The notes beneath the pieces are model-generated. The model had not been told where the DNA came from. It worked only from the letters and a program-made list of their open reading frames with translations, and did no database searches. 64,000 nucleotides of DNA, taken from Lama guanicoe (lineage: Eukaryota). Position 1 is the stretch's first letter. Each line of letters opens with the position of its first letter. This document shows, piece by piece, positions 1 through 13,000 of the stretch. The position numbers were made by a program, and so were the translations under genes. The DNA is taken from contig MU053504.1 in the NCBI GenBank assembly GCA_013239625.1, forward strand, positions 1,552,001-1,616,000. Direction: 5' to 3'.

Positions 1-227
1 TTTCTGAATCTTTCGAGGATTATTTTCCTTCTGCTTGAAGAATGTCCTTTAGTAATTTCTTACAATAGTTTTGCCAGTGTTGAATTTTGTTCACTTTTCT
101 TAGCCTGAAAATTTTTAAATTTCATCTCAAGATTCTTAAAAGATATTTTTACTGGGTATAGAATTCTAGATTGGCAGTTATTTTTGCCCTTTGAAGATAT
201 TCTTTCCATTGTCTTTTGGCTTCTGTC
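1..227 (-). mobile_element. Old L1 (L1M-type) fragment, resuming at about 1930-2640
   Basis: T-rich antisense L1 pattern (gggtatagaattctagattggcagttatttt). Confidence 0.6.
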
Positions 228-870
228 TGTAGTAGTCAGGCTTCTACAGAGAAACAGAACCAGTAGGATACGTGTACATGTATATATAAAAAGATTTATT
301 TTAAGGAATTAGCTTACCCACTTATGGCAGCTTGGTAAGTTCAAAATCTGATGAGGGGTTGGGCAACAGGCTGGAGATTCAAGAAAGTTGAAGTTTGAAG
401 ATAGTCTGCTGAAAAATTCCCTCTGGTTCCAGGGAAATGAGCCTTTTCTTCTGTTCAGGCCTTCAGCTGGTTAGATATAGCTCTCTCACATTATGACAGA
501 CTTTACTCAAAGTCCACCAGTTTAAATGTAAATCTCATCCCAAAATACCTGCATGGAAACATCAGACTAATGTTTGACCAAATATCTAGGGACCATGGTC
601 CAGCCAGTTGACACATAAAATTAACCTTACAAGTCTATCCCTTGTCAACTTGGTACTCAGATGCACTTCTTAAGCCATATTTAATCTCCAAATAAAGACA
701 GTAGCAAGGCCATGCTTCCACCACCATGTGATACATCTATCCTGCATTCAGTCAAAAAATTAGTACCCCTTTCTCAGAAGAAGATACAAGTCTTTGGATG
801 ATGTTAACTTTTCTCCTTGATATCTTGTAGCTTAAATATTGAGATATAAAGTTAACAATATGTAAATACT
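228..870 (-). mobile_element. MLT2 (ERVL) 3' LTR (228-631) plus adjacent 3' internal sequence
   Basis: tgtagtagtcagg...cagagaaacagaacc and gttgacacataaaattaaccttaca termini; PPT-like ttgacaagggatagact abuts the LTR on the minus strand. Confidence 0.8.
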
Positions 871-917
871 ATGATCAGCTGTTTACTCTTAATTTTTTTG
901 AAGAAAATATTTCTATA

Positions 918-1921
918 TCTATTTTCTGTTGCTGCAAAGCCAAAGATCTCCAAACTTAGTAGTTTAAAGCAACAACCATCTACAAATAGTCCTCGACTTA
1001 TAATGGTTTGACTTACGATTTTTCAATTTTATGATGGCGTGAAAGTGATATAAATTCAATATAAACCATATCTCTAATTTTGATTTTTTTTTTTCCTCTG
1101 GACTAGCAATATATGGTACAATACTTTCTTGTGATGCTGGACAGCAGCAACGAGCCATAGCTCCCATGTCGGCCACATAATCACAAGGATAAACAACATA
1201 TACACTTAGAACCATTCTGTTCCCATTAAACCATTCTTGTTTTTCACTTACAGTACAGAGTTCAACAAATTACAGGAGATACTGAGCAGTTTATTATAAA
1301 ATAAAATGTTGCTCAACTGTTGGCTAATGTAAGCACTCTAAGCATGTTTAAGATAGGCTAGGCTATTGTGTTTGGTAGGTTAGATTACTAAATGCATTTT
1401 GGGCTTAGGCTTTTTTCAACTTACAATAAGTTTATCTGGACATAACCCCACGAAAAGTCAAGTAAGATCTGTAATTCGTTTTCAGTGCTGTGAATCAGAG
1501 CCTGTGCTGGGTTTGCTGTTTGGTTCCTCTGTGGTCTTGACTGGAATTATTCCTACAGCTGTAGTCAACTGGTGGTTATTCTGGAGCTGGGATTGTCTCA
1601 AGCACATGTCTGGCTATTGCTGTTAACTTCTGCTGGGGCTCTCTATGTAAAGGGGTCAGCCAGGGCTTCTTCACATTATGGCAGCAGTGTTCCCAGAGAG
1701 CCAAATGGAAGCTGCAAAGTCTTTTAAGGCCTCAACTTCAAAGTTATGCCATCCCTCCCACTGCATTTTATTGACTCAAGCAAGTCATAAGGCCAGCTCA
1801 AATTCAAGAGTTGGGGAAATAAATGTTATCTTTTGGTAGGAGGAGTACCGAAGTCTCATTATAAAAGGTGTACATGCAGGAATTGGAGGGATGTTTGTAG
1901 CCACCTTTGCAGTCTGCCACA
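918..1921 (-). mobile_element. MLT1 (MaLR) LTR interrupted by a Tigger element
   Basis: aaacttagtagtttaaagcaacaacc ... caagcaagtcataaggccagctca ... tctgccaca. Confidence 0.7.
983..1471 (-). mobile_element. Tigger5/MER47-like TcMar DNA transposon derivative
   Basis: Degenerate TIRs (caaatagtcctcgactta / aagtcaagtaagatctg) flanked by TA on both sides. Confidence 0.8.
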
Positions 1922-4784
1922 GTATTTCTTTTTTTTTCTTCTGAATACTTAAATTTTTTAAAGAAAGAAAATTCTTTTATTTTCAGAAGTATTACTTTGT
2001 TGTATGTAGACACAGACTTCCGTTTTATTTATCTGCTTGGGGTTCCTGAAATTTCTTAAGTCTGTGGCTTGATGTCTTTTGTCAGTTTTGGAGAATTTTT
2101 AGCCTTTGTCTCTTCAAATATTTCTTCTGTTTCATTTCTCTCTTTCTTCTTGACTGGGACTCAGATTACATGTGGGTTAGATCATCTCACTTATATTCTC
2201 TGTAGTTCATATCCTCTCATCTCTTGTGTATTTTTGATCCTCTTGCCTCCCTCTACTTTATTCTGGATACTTCTTTTTGACCTATCTTTCATTTCATGAA
2301 TTCTCTCTTCAGCTGTATTTTATCTGTTCTTAAATCGTTCTGTTGAAATCTTTGTTTTTAATAGATTTCTATTGAAATCTGTTGTATTTTCTCAGTTATA
2401 AAATTTCTGTTTGGTGAGGTGTTGTGTTTTTGAGTTCTACCATTACATTTTTAATAGCATTGACTCTTGGCTGAAATTCTCAGTGCTGTGGTACCATTCT
2501 TGTCTGTTTTCTACAGATTCTCATGTTATTTCCTCACGGACCAGATGTTATATTTTTAAAGCTGTTTGTAGAAATAATATGAGACCCAGGATGATATCTT
2601 CTTTTAGAGGATTTATATTTGTTTCTGGGCTTGCCTAGGGGTCAGGAATTATTTTAATCCAGTTTCAGTGATTGAGTTACTTTTAAGCAGGGGTAGGTTG
2701 ACTTCAGTCTACTACATGGGATACCTGTTATGTGTGGGAAGCTTTGCTAGGTGCTGGGTCGGTCACGTGAGCAAAGTAGACATGGTCTTTGATTCACATT
2801 GAGCACAGTCTTGATTATAATTGACAGGTAAATACATATGCAATTAAGTTTTTTGAAAGCAGTGAATAGACTGTTATGGTAATGAATATCTGGAGTGGAG
2901 AGGGAGTGAGCATGGTCCTATTAAACTAACTGGGGCAGGTTTTGTTTAAGCTGAGACCTGGCTGATGTGAGAGGATCAGGAGCAGAAGCTTTCAAACAGC
3001 AGCAGTGCCAGTATAAAGAATGAATGGCAAGAAAAAAATGGGGAAGGAGAAAGGTGGGGGAGAGAGTTGGGATTCACTTAGAACCATAACAGTGAGTTCT
3101 GGGGGACAATACCCACACCTTCACCCCACCACACCATTTTTCTTTCGTTTCCCTTTAGAAAGATGAGTGAATTGGAAATTGACAAATCTAGGTTCTAGAT
3201 CTAGCTCTGTGATCTTTGACAAGTACACCTAATTCTTCATTCAAAGCAACATGGAGGGAGAGGAGAAGCAGAGGACAAATGTGGAGGTGGGATGACTAGT
3301 AATAAAAGGAGCACATGAAGAGAGAGACCATGTCAGATTTCTTTGTATTCTTCACAAATGTTTTCACTGTTTGGCATGTATAGTAGACATTCTACACCTG
3401 TAGACTCAGCAGAATGAGAACAGATCAGATCACGTTTTTAATGGGAAATTAATCATAGAAGAGAAGAATAAGGATTTTCCATTTTATTCTTCAACTGAAA
3501 GGAAAGAGTAAATGAATCAAAATGAAGAAAAGTCATATTCATCTACCTCCTGGATGAGAAGAGTTTTATTGGCTAGCCTGAAATGTGTGGGTAACATGAG
3601 AATGGTGGGTGAGAAAACACTTGAGATGTGAGCGCCTCAGGGACAGGAGCCTCTCTCCTTTGCATCCCCACCTGGCACAAGACAAGGAGTTTAGCTGAAC
3701 AGATTAACAAATGAGTGGTTCCCTGCTTTGAAGCAACTTTGGCTGTCCTTACCTTGCCAGACAGGTTTACCATCCATTTGCTTTGTATAACTTCCAGGAA
3801 GAAGTTAAGAAACTATTTCCTCTTATAATATTACTAGCCCGAACTTCTGATCTATCTGATTTATGGATTATAGAATTTAAATTTCTTCATAGCTAGCACT
3901 CAGAGAACGTGTTGTTACACTGAGATAAGCAAGATCATACTCATAGAGCCTTGTGAAATGTATTCTGCCTCTGGCCGTAGGCCCTAGGTCTCGAGCTGAA
4001 ATTTGAGAGGGAAAGATGGAAACTTAGTAGAGTTATACTCCCTGTTTCTTAATTTTCCAGCCATTGTGTGAGGTTTCCTTTTTCTAGAAAGAGACTAATT
4101 TGGAATAAGAATGAATTCGCATCAGTAAAAGCAAAGCTTTAAGTAGGTCATCTGACTTTGCTTTTGTGCTCCACATTCACTCTGGTTATAAAAAGGCCTT
4201 TCATGAATTTTCTAGGCTTTCATCACTGCCAGACTCTCCACAGGCATTGTGAAAGAATTAAACTACCCCACACCCCCCATGCCTGTCTCATGGACTCTTT
4301 CGTAGAGTACACACTGCACTGTGTTTAGCTCAGCAGGAGCTCTTTGCAGACACTGAATATATGAACAGTCCTCCTCCCAGATGAGAGAATTCAGTATTGA
4401 TTAGTGCCATAGCCACAAAAGTCAGTGTCCACCAGAATCTAATAGATATTAGTGACTTGCAGCCTGATTTTTGCCAAATTAGTAGGCCAAAGTTTGTTTA
4501 TGTTAAAGTTATAAGTAAAATTGGCCAGTAGATAATTTCTGTCTAATCAGTTGGATAGGAGGTTGATGACTGCTTCAGACAACCGACATCCTATTAATTA
4601 ACTTTGTAAAAGAAGATAATCAGCGCTGAAATAGTTTAAGTTTTGCCTGCAGGAGTAGAGGAGGAAAGTAAACATGGAAATTTGAAGGGATGGTAATGAA
4701 ACAGCTTGTGGCATTACTGGGAGTAGTTAAGGATTTACATTTTACTGGCATTGAGACCCGTATATCTCAAGGAAACTATAACTA

Positions 4785-4995
4785 CAGTTGGTTCTTGGTC
4801 AACATGGGTTTGAACTGTGCAGGTTCACTTATATGTGGATTTTTTTTCAATAGTAAATACTACATGATCCACAGTTGGTTGAATTCCGAGGGTGAGGAAA
4901 CACGGATATGGAAGGCCAACTATCCAGTATATGTGGATTTTCAACTACATGGTGGGTTGACGTTCCTAATCCCCATTTTTTCCAAGGATCAACTC
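4785..4995 (+). mobile_element. Tigger2-family short derivative
   Basis: ta|cagttggttcttggtcaacatgggtttgaactg ... ttccaaggatcaactc|ta; TIRs and TA target duplication. Confidence 0.75.
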
Positions 4996-5425
4996 TATAT
5001 AAGAGTTAGCCACTTTTATTGATTTTTTTTCAAGGACTTCAGCCTGTCAGTTACAATGAATTTCAAACAGTTCTGGTGAAATTAGTCTCTTGAGGGCTTT
5101 CCAGTTTATTTACTCTGTTGTTCCTACTATAAAATATTCTCCAATAGCTTCTGAGTTTTTAGTCACTTAAATCCTTTATTTTTTCTAATCGTTAGTATCT
5201 CCTATCAAGGCTAGACTCTGGTTCAGCAGTTCAGCTATTTTCTTGCTAGTACTCAACCCTGTTGCTTATAGTTCTGTTACATTGACCCAAGAAAACTTTA
5301 ATTCTGTATCTTCTCCAAAACATGCCTGCTTAGAGCATTTTTTCCTAGGCCCTTAGGGCTACCCACTGTCAACATTTACTGCCATTTTCTGCAGCAGCAG
5401 TATTAGTCTTATCAACTCTTAAAAC

Positions 5426-5666
5426 TTTATCCCACGATCTCCTCTTTTTTTTGCTTTTAATTTTGCTATGTACTTCACAGAAAATTTTGAAGATTAAAGC
5501 TCCCTCACTTTTCTACCAGTTCTGTCTCTTTATTTTTCTTGTATATTTATCCCACGATCTCCTCTTTTTTTTTGCTTTTAATTTTGCTATGTACTTCACA
5601 GAAAATTTTGAAGATTAAAGCTCCCTCACTTTTCTACCAGTTCTGTCTCTTTATTTTTCTTGTATA
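5426..5666. repeat. Direct tandem duplication, 120 + 121 bp
   Basis: 5426-5545 and 5546-5666 are identical except T8 vs T9. Confidence 0.95.
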
Positions 5667-5995
5667 CCTTCCTTTTCTTTCTGTCTGATTCCTTCTTACC
5701 AGCATTTATAATTTATATGATAATATAAATTATCATAATAATTTTATATGATTTATATTATGATTTGTTCTCTTAACCTAGCAAGCACTCTCTTGAGTGC
5801 AAATCAGTGGCTATTTTTACTGGGTATAAAAACTTTTATCTTGTCACCTTGATAGCCCCCCTAATAATTTGCCTATGTGTTCTTATGGATTTTCTATGTA
5901 AATGATAATATTTCCTGAAAATATGTAGTCTTACCTAATTTTTATGATTCTCATTTCTTTTTTTTACTGCAAAGGCTGGGACCTCTCATACTATT

Positions 5996-6089
5996 TTTCT
6001 TCTTTCTTTTTTTTTTATTGAAATATAGTCAGTTTATAATGTGTCAACTTCTGCTGTACAGCATAATGGGTCAGTCATACATACACATA
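5996..6089 (-). mobile_element. Short 5'-truncated lineage-specific L1 3' end inside an older L1
   Basis: Poly-T then attgaaatatagtcagtttataatg; approximate TSD tctcata(c)tatt. Confidence 0.65.
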
Positions 6090-6611
6090 TCTCATATATT
6101 ATGAATAGAATAGTGGATCAGCTTGTCTTATCCTTATGTTAAAGGGAATACTTTCAGTGTTTCCCCATTGAAGATGGTAATTGCAAGGTTTTGTTGCTTT
6201 AAAATAACTTTTATTAGGTTAAGAGGTTTTTCTTCAATTCCTAATTGAGAGATTATTTAAAAATCATGAATTCATGTGTTTTAATCCAGTGGTTTTTCTA
6301 CATTAATTGAAATGATTATATGATCTTCTTTAATATGGGTGAGTTATATGTATAGATTTCATGTTAAAACATCCTTGTACACCTTGGATAAACTCAAATT
6401 GATCATAGGTTACCTTGTTTATATACCAAATTCAATTTGTTAATAGTTTGTTTAGGATATTTGAATCTGTGTTATTGAGTGGAAGTGGGCCTATAATTTC
6501 ATTTCCTGTAATATTTTTGTGCTATTTTAGTGTCAGGTTTCACTCACCCTTTAGAATGAGTTGGGGATTATTTCCTCTTTTCTGCTCAACTAATTCCAGA
6601 ATGATGTTTGC

Positions 6612-7157
6612 TAGCACCCATGTGCACATGGTGGAACAGGCTCCCCCCAAATGGCTGCTACCAGTGTCTGTGTCCCCAGAGTGAGCTCTAGTTGCCTCAT
6701 GCCTCTCTGGGAGGCTCTCCAAGATGAGCAAGTAGCTCTGTCCCAGGCTCCTTTCAAATTACTACTTCTGTCCTTGATCCCGAAGCATGAGGCTTTGTGT
6801 GCACCTTTTGAGAGGTTATTTCCCATAGCCCTCTGGGACCTCCTGTAAGTAAGCCCCTGGCCTTCAAAGCCAAACTGTCTGGGAGCTTGTCTTCCTGTGC
6901 AGGACCCCTGGGCTAGGGAGCCCGATGTGAGACTCGGACCCCTTGCTGCTTGGGGTGAACCTCTGCAATTATAGTTGTCCTCCTTTATGGATCTCACACC
7001 CATCTTGTGTGGTTTCCTTCTTTATTTCTTTAGCTGTAGATCTTTTCTGCTAGATTCCAGTCTTTCGCATCAATAGTTACTCTTCAAATAATTCTAATTT
7101 TGGTGTGCCTGCGAGAGGAGGTAAGCTTAGTGTCTTCCTAATCCACCATCTTGGCCA
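6612..7157 (-). mobile_element. L1 5'UTR-like fragment
   Basis: GC-richer block ending in ccatcttgg (reverse complement of the CCAAGATGG YY1 motif at L1 5' ends). Confidence 0.55.
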
Positions 7158-7575
7158 AGCTTCATCCCTGGTTTGTTTCTAAAATTTATTTTATGCATAT
7201 AACCTGTACTATATTCTGATTTCATATATCCAATAGTTTACTCCAAGGTATGCTTTAAGCAGAACAAATACTTTCCCATATTGTCCTTTGTCTTGATCTG
7301 CAGTATGTTTATACCAAACTGTTTTGTTTAATGAAGTAATGTAATTGACCTCCTTGCCTCCAGTCTCATCTTTTCTCTAGGCCCCAATAGGTGTAACTCG
7401 AAGATAGAATTTAACAACTTCTTGCAGCATTAATGGTAATTTTCATTGTCTTCCTAAGTTTATCTATGGAAACAAGCTTCTCTTGAGAGCTTCAGACTCT
7501 GCCCTTTATTTTGGACCTTTATTGCACTTTCTCTCAATAGAAGACCTATAATGAAAGTTGATTTCTTTGTTCCAG

Positions 7576-7668
7576 GACTTCTTCAGAAGCCCTTCAGCAG
7601 TTTTTCAGATTCTTCTCTCTCACTGGCAAGGATTCAGTGTGCTGTTCCTGCTCCACCCTCCCTTGGTG
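7576..7668 (+). other. PTPRA: Candidate non-coding (5'UTR) alternative exon of PTPRA
   Basis: Good acceptor tttctttgttccag|GACTTC; body resembles my recollection of the human PTPRA 5'UTR just upstream of the ATG exon; donor would be non-canonical GTG|gcatgt. Confidence 0.5.
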
Positions 7669-8019
7669 GCATGTATCAGTTTTTTACTCATCAACACCCA
7701 CCTACTCCTGCCTCCTGTGCTTGTCACGTGTCTCCTGCCTGGCTTGCTCACTGCTGCTTTTGTCAGTCTTAACAGCTGTCTTCTTCCATTCTTTGGCTTA
7801 CTGCCTGACTTTCATGGCAGCTGCTCTGTCGTTGCCTGTCTGCCATTCTGCTCCTTCTCCTACCCTTCACCCCCACCACTTCCCCATGTAGGTACAGTAT
7901 GTCCTGTAGTGCTGGCCATTCTCAGTGTTCAGAACTAAGCTCATCACCTTCCCTGTGGTACATCCCAAAGCGATCATCCTCCTGTTTACAGTATTTAGAT
8001 TCCTCTAAGTCAGACACCT

Positions 8020-9020
8020 GGGCCTTCCTTACCTCTGGCATCTCCTTGTTAAGTCTTCAGTTCTGCCGCTGTAAACTTACCAGCCCTGCTCTGAGGTCCT
8101 CCTGGTCTGTTGGCTACATTACTCCTGAAGGCTTTCGTCAGCAACCCTCCTAACCTCAGACCACACCACTGTCTACCCTGCTGTCAGTCATTGTTTTTAA
8201 AACCCGATTGTTATGGTCACCCTCCCTGTGTTAAAGCTTCTTGTGGTTCCTCAGTGTGTTCAGTGGAAAGTTAAAACTTCTTATTGTGGCCTAAAGGCCC
8301 CTTTGTCATCTGTTCACTGCTGCTTCTGGCCTCATCTCCCGCATTTCTTTTACATATCTTCACAGACCTCAATCTTTCATGTCTGCCGTTTTCACATTCA
8401 TTTAGCAGATGTTTATTGAGGTCCTGTTTGATGCCTTACCTAGTTCTTTAGCCATTTCTGGAGCCAGATAGGCTTTTTCAAGCTTCAAAGACCTCTCTGC
8501 TTAAAAAAACTGTTTCTTGTTTCGACCCTTCTCTTGGCTAACTGCTTTTTGTCCTCCCAAGCTCATCTCAAGCAGTAACCCTTCTAAAAATTTCTTCTCT
8601 GGTCTGTAGTTCCAGCATCTCACTTCACTGTTAACTGACTAGCCTTATGCCAGGTGAATTTTTCAGGGTTTGGATAGTTTATTTGTGCCTCACTATTGGT
8701 TCGTGAACTCCTTGATGATAATCTATATCTAGTCCATATCTAATCTGTCGGTATATTCTCAGTATCTGGTGAAACAAGAAAGGAAGATCATGAACTTTGG
8801 AGTTTTAAAAGCCCTGAGTTTCATTTCCGGTAGCCACTTAATAGGTATGTGGCCACAAGCAAATTCCTTAACCTCTGTGATCTTTAGAGTCTTCATTTGT
8901 AGAATGGAAAAACAATATCTAACTCCTAAATTGGTTGGGGGGATTAATTTGGTTAAAATACATAGAATGCCTAGTACAAGTGCCTACCTGCCTACCACAC
9001 AGCAGGCAACCAAGGATGTA
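8020..9020 (+). mobile_element. L2 fragments followed by a MIR (about 8770-9020)
   Basis: MIR core (ttccttaacctctgtg...cttcatttgtagaatgg) and L2-like pyrimidine-rich blocks. Confidence 0.6.
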
Positions 9021-9724
9021 GTTGTAAAAATAGTTTTTCTTCTTAATAATAAATAATAAAATGTTGACTGAGCAATTGGCTGAAGGAACTGAACTGAACT
9101 CTCCTTCTAGGTGCCTTTTCTTGAATCAGAGAGCTTAAACAGCTCTCGAAGAAGACCCTGGCAGAGCTTAACAGCCCTAGCTGCCATTTCTTTGTTCCTG
9201 CCACACCTGGGAGACATCCTTCAATAGTCTTTAAGCTTTTGAAAGGTCAAATAGTGCTATGTAAAGAAAAGTCAGGTAGACTTGGATTTGAAATCTACTT
9301 CTACAACTACCAGCTATGTGACCATCTCTCAGTTTATCTTCAAAATGGAAGTAAGAGGAGTATCTCTCTTGTAGATGGCTGTGAGATTTAACTGAGAGAA
9401 AAGGCCAGATATTGAAATAAATATGTACCCGACCCTTGATCATATTTTATCAGTACTAATGTATCTTTGAATAGATGGACTCTGAAGGGAAGCTGTCAGA
9501 GCCTGAGTCCAAACTCTGGGGAATGTGCAGATTGGCTGAGCTCCCCTTTGCTAGTGGAAACTTCATAATATTGATTCCTTATAACATTTTTTCTTTAGCA
9601 AATGTAGGCAGCATTGTGCTTCCTGGCAAGAGCTCCTTCCAGAGCACCCTCAGCATTTCTCTTCCTCATCCATCACAAGTCATAATGTTAGGAGTTGGTC
9701 TTCTTACCCTATAATTATAACTGT

Positions 9725-10070
9725 CTGTATCGGGATTAGGGTTGGTTGCATGTATCAGAAAATATATTTTTCTTGTGTATATGAAATCTGAAAGTAAGCA
9801 GGGCTAGTGTGGCAGTTCAGCAGTGTCATGAGAGAACCCAGTCTCTTTCTAGCTCTCTGTTCTGTTATCTTGAAAGTCACTTCAGAGTCTTAATGGCTGT
9901 TCCTGGGACTCTAATCATCACATCTAAATTCTAGATTACAGGATACAGGACAGGGAAAAAAGCTGCCCACCCTCCCTTTTAAACTACCTTCCTAGAGCTC
10001 TCATAAAATACTTTTCCTTTTACCTCCTTGTTCAGAACTTAGTTACTTGTCCATGCCTAGCTGAGGAATG
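9725..10070 (-). mobile_element. MLT1-type LTR
   Basis: ccttgttcagaacttagttacttgtccatgcctagctg MLT1-like motif. Confidence 0.55.
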
Positions 10071-13000
10071 GGTGTGTTCTCCTTAGTACTAGCACTCAAT
10101 TTTCATTCTTTCTTTGTCCCCTTACTCTTAGGTGAAAATGGCATGTCTCTTAGGACCTCAGGGTTCATTGATGGGGAGTGTATGTCTGGGCAAGGAGTGT
10201 TTTTCTTTGGCCAGAAGCCAAAAACAAAAAAAAAACAAAAAACTTTCCGTAACAGACTTGTAGTATGGCTCTGATGGTTCCTTCATCTTGGGTGCAGGAC
10301 ACATATTTCAAATAATTCACCCCTGAAATGTGTGTAAGCATGTATAATTGATTGTTTATAAATTTAACATCCAAGGTTTCTGTGGTTCAAGAGAGACTCC
10401 CTATCCCACAGGTAAGCAGCATGGTAAATTGTGGTAACACCAATATTAGCATCATAGGGTTGGGGAGGATTAAGTGAGAGGAGGCAATACAAAACACAGT
10501 GCAGGCTGGGCTTTGAGATGGGACAGCAGTTGTGAGTGATTTAACAGTTAATGAGCACTGCCTACCACCCATGTCCCCGCTGCAAAATTCAGACCCTCCT
10601 CATGATTCCCTGGAGAATATCTCAGATCTCTGATGCTGAATTTGAATTTTACAAACGTTTAGGAAATGTTCTTAGACACTCGAATATCAAGAAAACAATA
10701 ATTGTGATTTCTCAGAACTTCCTTTGTTGTTTGTCCTAAGGCTTTTAAGAATTGCTAATGACATCTTGGTTTTCTTCTGTTATCTGAATGTTAAACTGCC
10801 CTGATTGAGTACCCTAATGTATGTGCAGTGGAAACACATTTTTTTAAGTAAGAAATATCTTTGTAATGAAAAAAGAACTGCATATTAGCCCTTTGGGTGT
10901 GGTGGGGTAGAGAAAGAACACAGTGTGTGTGCCTTTGTGACCAATAAATTAGGGAACTACCCAGACCTTCATGACTCATCTCCCAACGCCTCCCTGCTCA
11001 GTTATTCTATACTCACATACCAAAGGCTTACGGTACGATTCACAAGTGTTTTTGAAAAAATGGAAAAATGTATAAGCTCGAGTTTTTTCCATTATTTGGC
11101 TTTCCTGAAATACATAATTCTGTCCTTACTTAAGGCACTGTTGCCCAATCAAAAATAACATATAAGAAAGAAGATCTCTAAAGAGCCTCCTCATTCTGTT
11201 TAACAGCTGCATAGTATTCTATTTATGAATATGCCATAATTTATTTAATTATGTCTCCCTCTCCCATTGATAAACATTTAGGGGTTTTTTTTTGGTTTTT
11301 TTTTTTTTGGTCTTTTTGTATTGCAAACAGTGCTGCACTGAGTAATCTTGTACATAAGTCACTTTTAAAGTGTATCTGTAAAGTTCTCAAGTAGAATTTT
11401 TTGTGTCAAGGGGTTGGTACTTTAATAATTGAGATAAATATCTACAGATCGTATGAGAGTACTTGTTCACACAAACCCTTGCCAATGTGGTGTTGTTAAA
11501 GATTTTTATATTTGCCTGTGTGATAGGTGAAAAATGATACCCTAGTATAGCTTTAATTTGGCTTTCTCTGATCATGTGTGAAGTTGAGCATCTTTTAAGA
11601 GGACTATTTTGTTTTCTATAAATTGTCTGTTTCATCTCTTTTGCCATCTCTTAATCTTTAATTAAAGGCTGTAAAAATGTTAAAAAAAAAGGAGCCCTTT
11701 ATAGATCAGGGAAATTAGACCTTTGTGAATGAGTTTGAAATACTTTTAAAGAGCTCATTCTTTTAAAATATGGAGGTAGTTGTTCTAGTGGAATGGTGAA
11801 AAAGAAGCCAGATTGCCATGGAGACAACTCCTTCTAGAAATTTGGCTGTGAATTGGAGTAGAGAGAATGCTAGCTGGAGAACTGAAGTAGATTGAAAAGG
11901 ATTCTTCTTTTCTTTGAGAAATTCTTAATTGTGTTTAAATGCTGTTATGAAAGGGAGGAGTTAAATCTAGGAGACGGTCGTAGGGGATCTATAGGACAAG
12001 GTTCCTAGGGGACTGAGATTCGTGGGAGGAATTGCAGAGAAGGAGGAAATTTGTAAACAAGGTGACTATGCGTTAAGGCTGTGCTGGTCTGGTGGCTTTT
12101 GTTTTCTCTAAGGTGAAGGTAAGGCCAGTAGCCAAGGATGTGAGAGGAGATGTCTGGAGAGGAGAGGAGGTTCTCTGAAATCATTGTTGTGGAGGACTGG
12201 GGAGGGAAATGAGTAGGGAAATACAGAAAGATTACAGAAAGTGTTCAGAGTTCCACTGAGGCAGAAATACTGGTATCAATCTTGTGGGTTGTTTGATTTT
12301 CTTAAGGAGCATTTGGCATCCAAGTGTAGGGCTGACAGTTGGATTAGTTCAAGATTTGGGGTTATTTTCCCCATGTAGGAGTAATAGAAGAAAAATGTAG
12401 CTAAAGAATTTAGGATATTAGCAAGGGAGTGAACCGACACCAAGTTTTCTTGGTTGTGTAGGAAGGGAAATAAAGACTGGATGAGATACTGGAAAGAACG
12501 TTCAAGGGAGGTTCAAGGGACACAAAGCCTGGAGGAGGTCAGAGAACAGATGCAGTAGACATAATAGAGTGAGAACTGCGAGGGTAAGGGTGTCGGCTGC
12601 AGAGCGGGAAGGTGGGGTTCAGTGGGAGAGCTTTTCCTGGTGCTGACAAAACCTAGAGGGCAGCCATTGTCATGACCAGCCCCCAAGGAGTGGAGGGATA
12701 AGGTGGTTGGAATTGAAGAAGTCAGGGAACTCAGAGGCTTGTCTGGATGTGAATTGTGGTGACTGTCATCTCTGGGGATGTTGAACAGTCTTCCAGTAGA
12801 ATATCAGGACTTTGGGATGGGAAGAAAACTGTGAGCCACTTTGCAATGTCGTCAGTGACAAGTGAGTACCAGGAAAAGCCCTCAGGAACAAGGGCTGTTA
12901 GAGCAGACTCCAGGAAGAATGGTTTGCATATGGCATCCTTGGAGACTGAGGAAGCCTGTATCCTGACAGCTTTGGATACTCGGAATAGAAGACCTGGATA

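Noticed and set aside
4575..4620. Another PTPRA 5'UTR exon
   Set aside because: Only vague recalled similarity and no donor site
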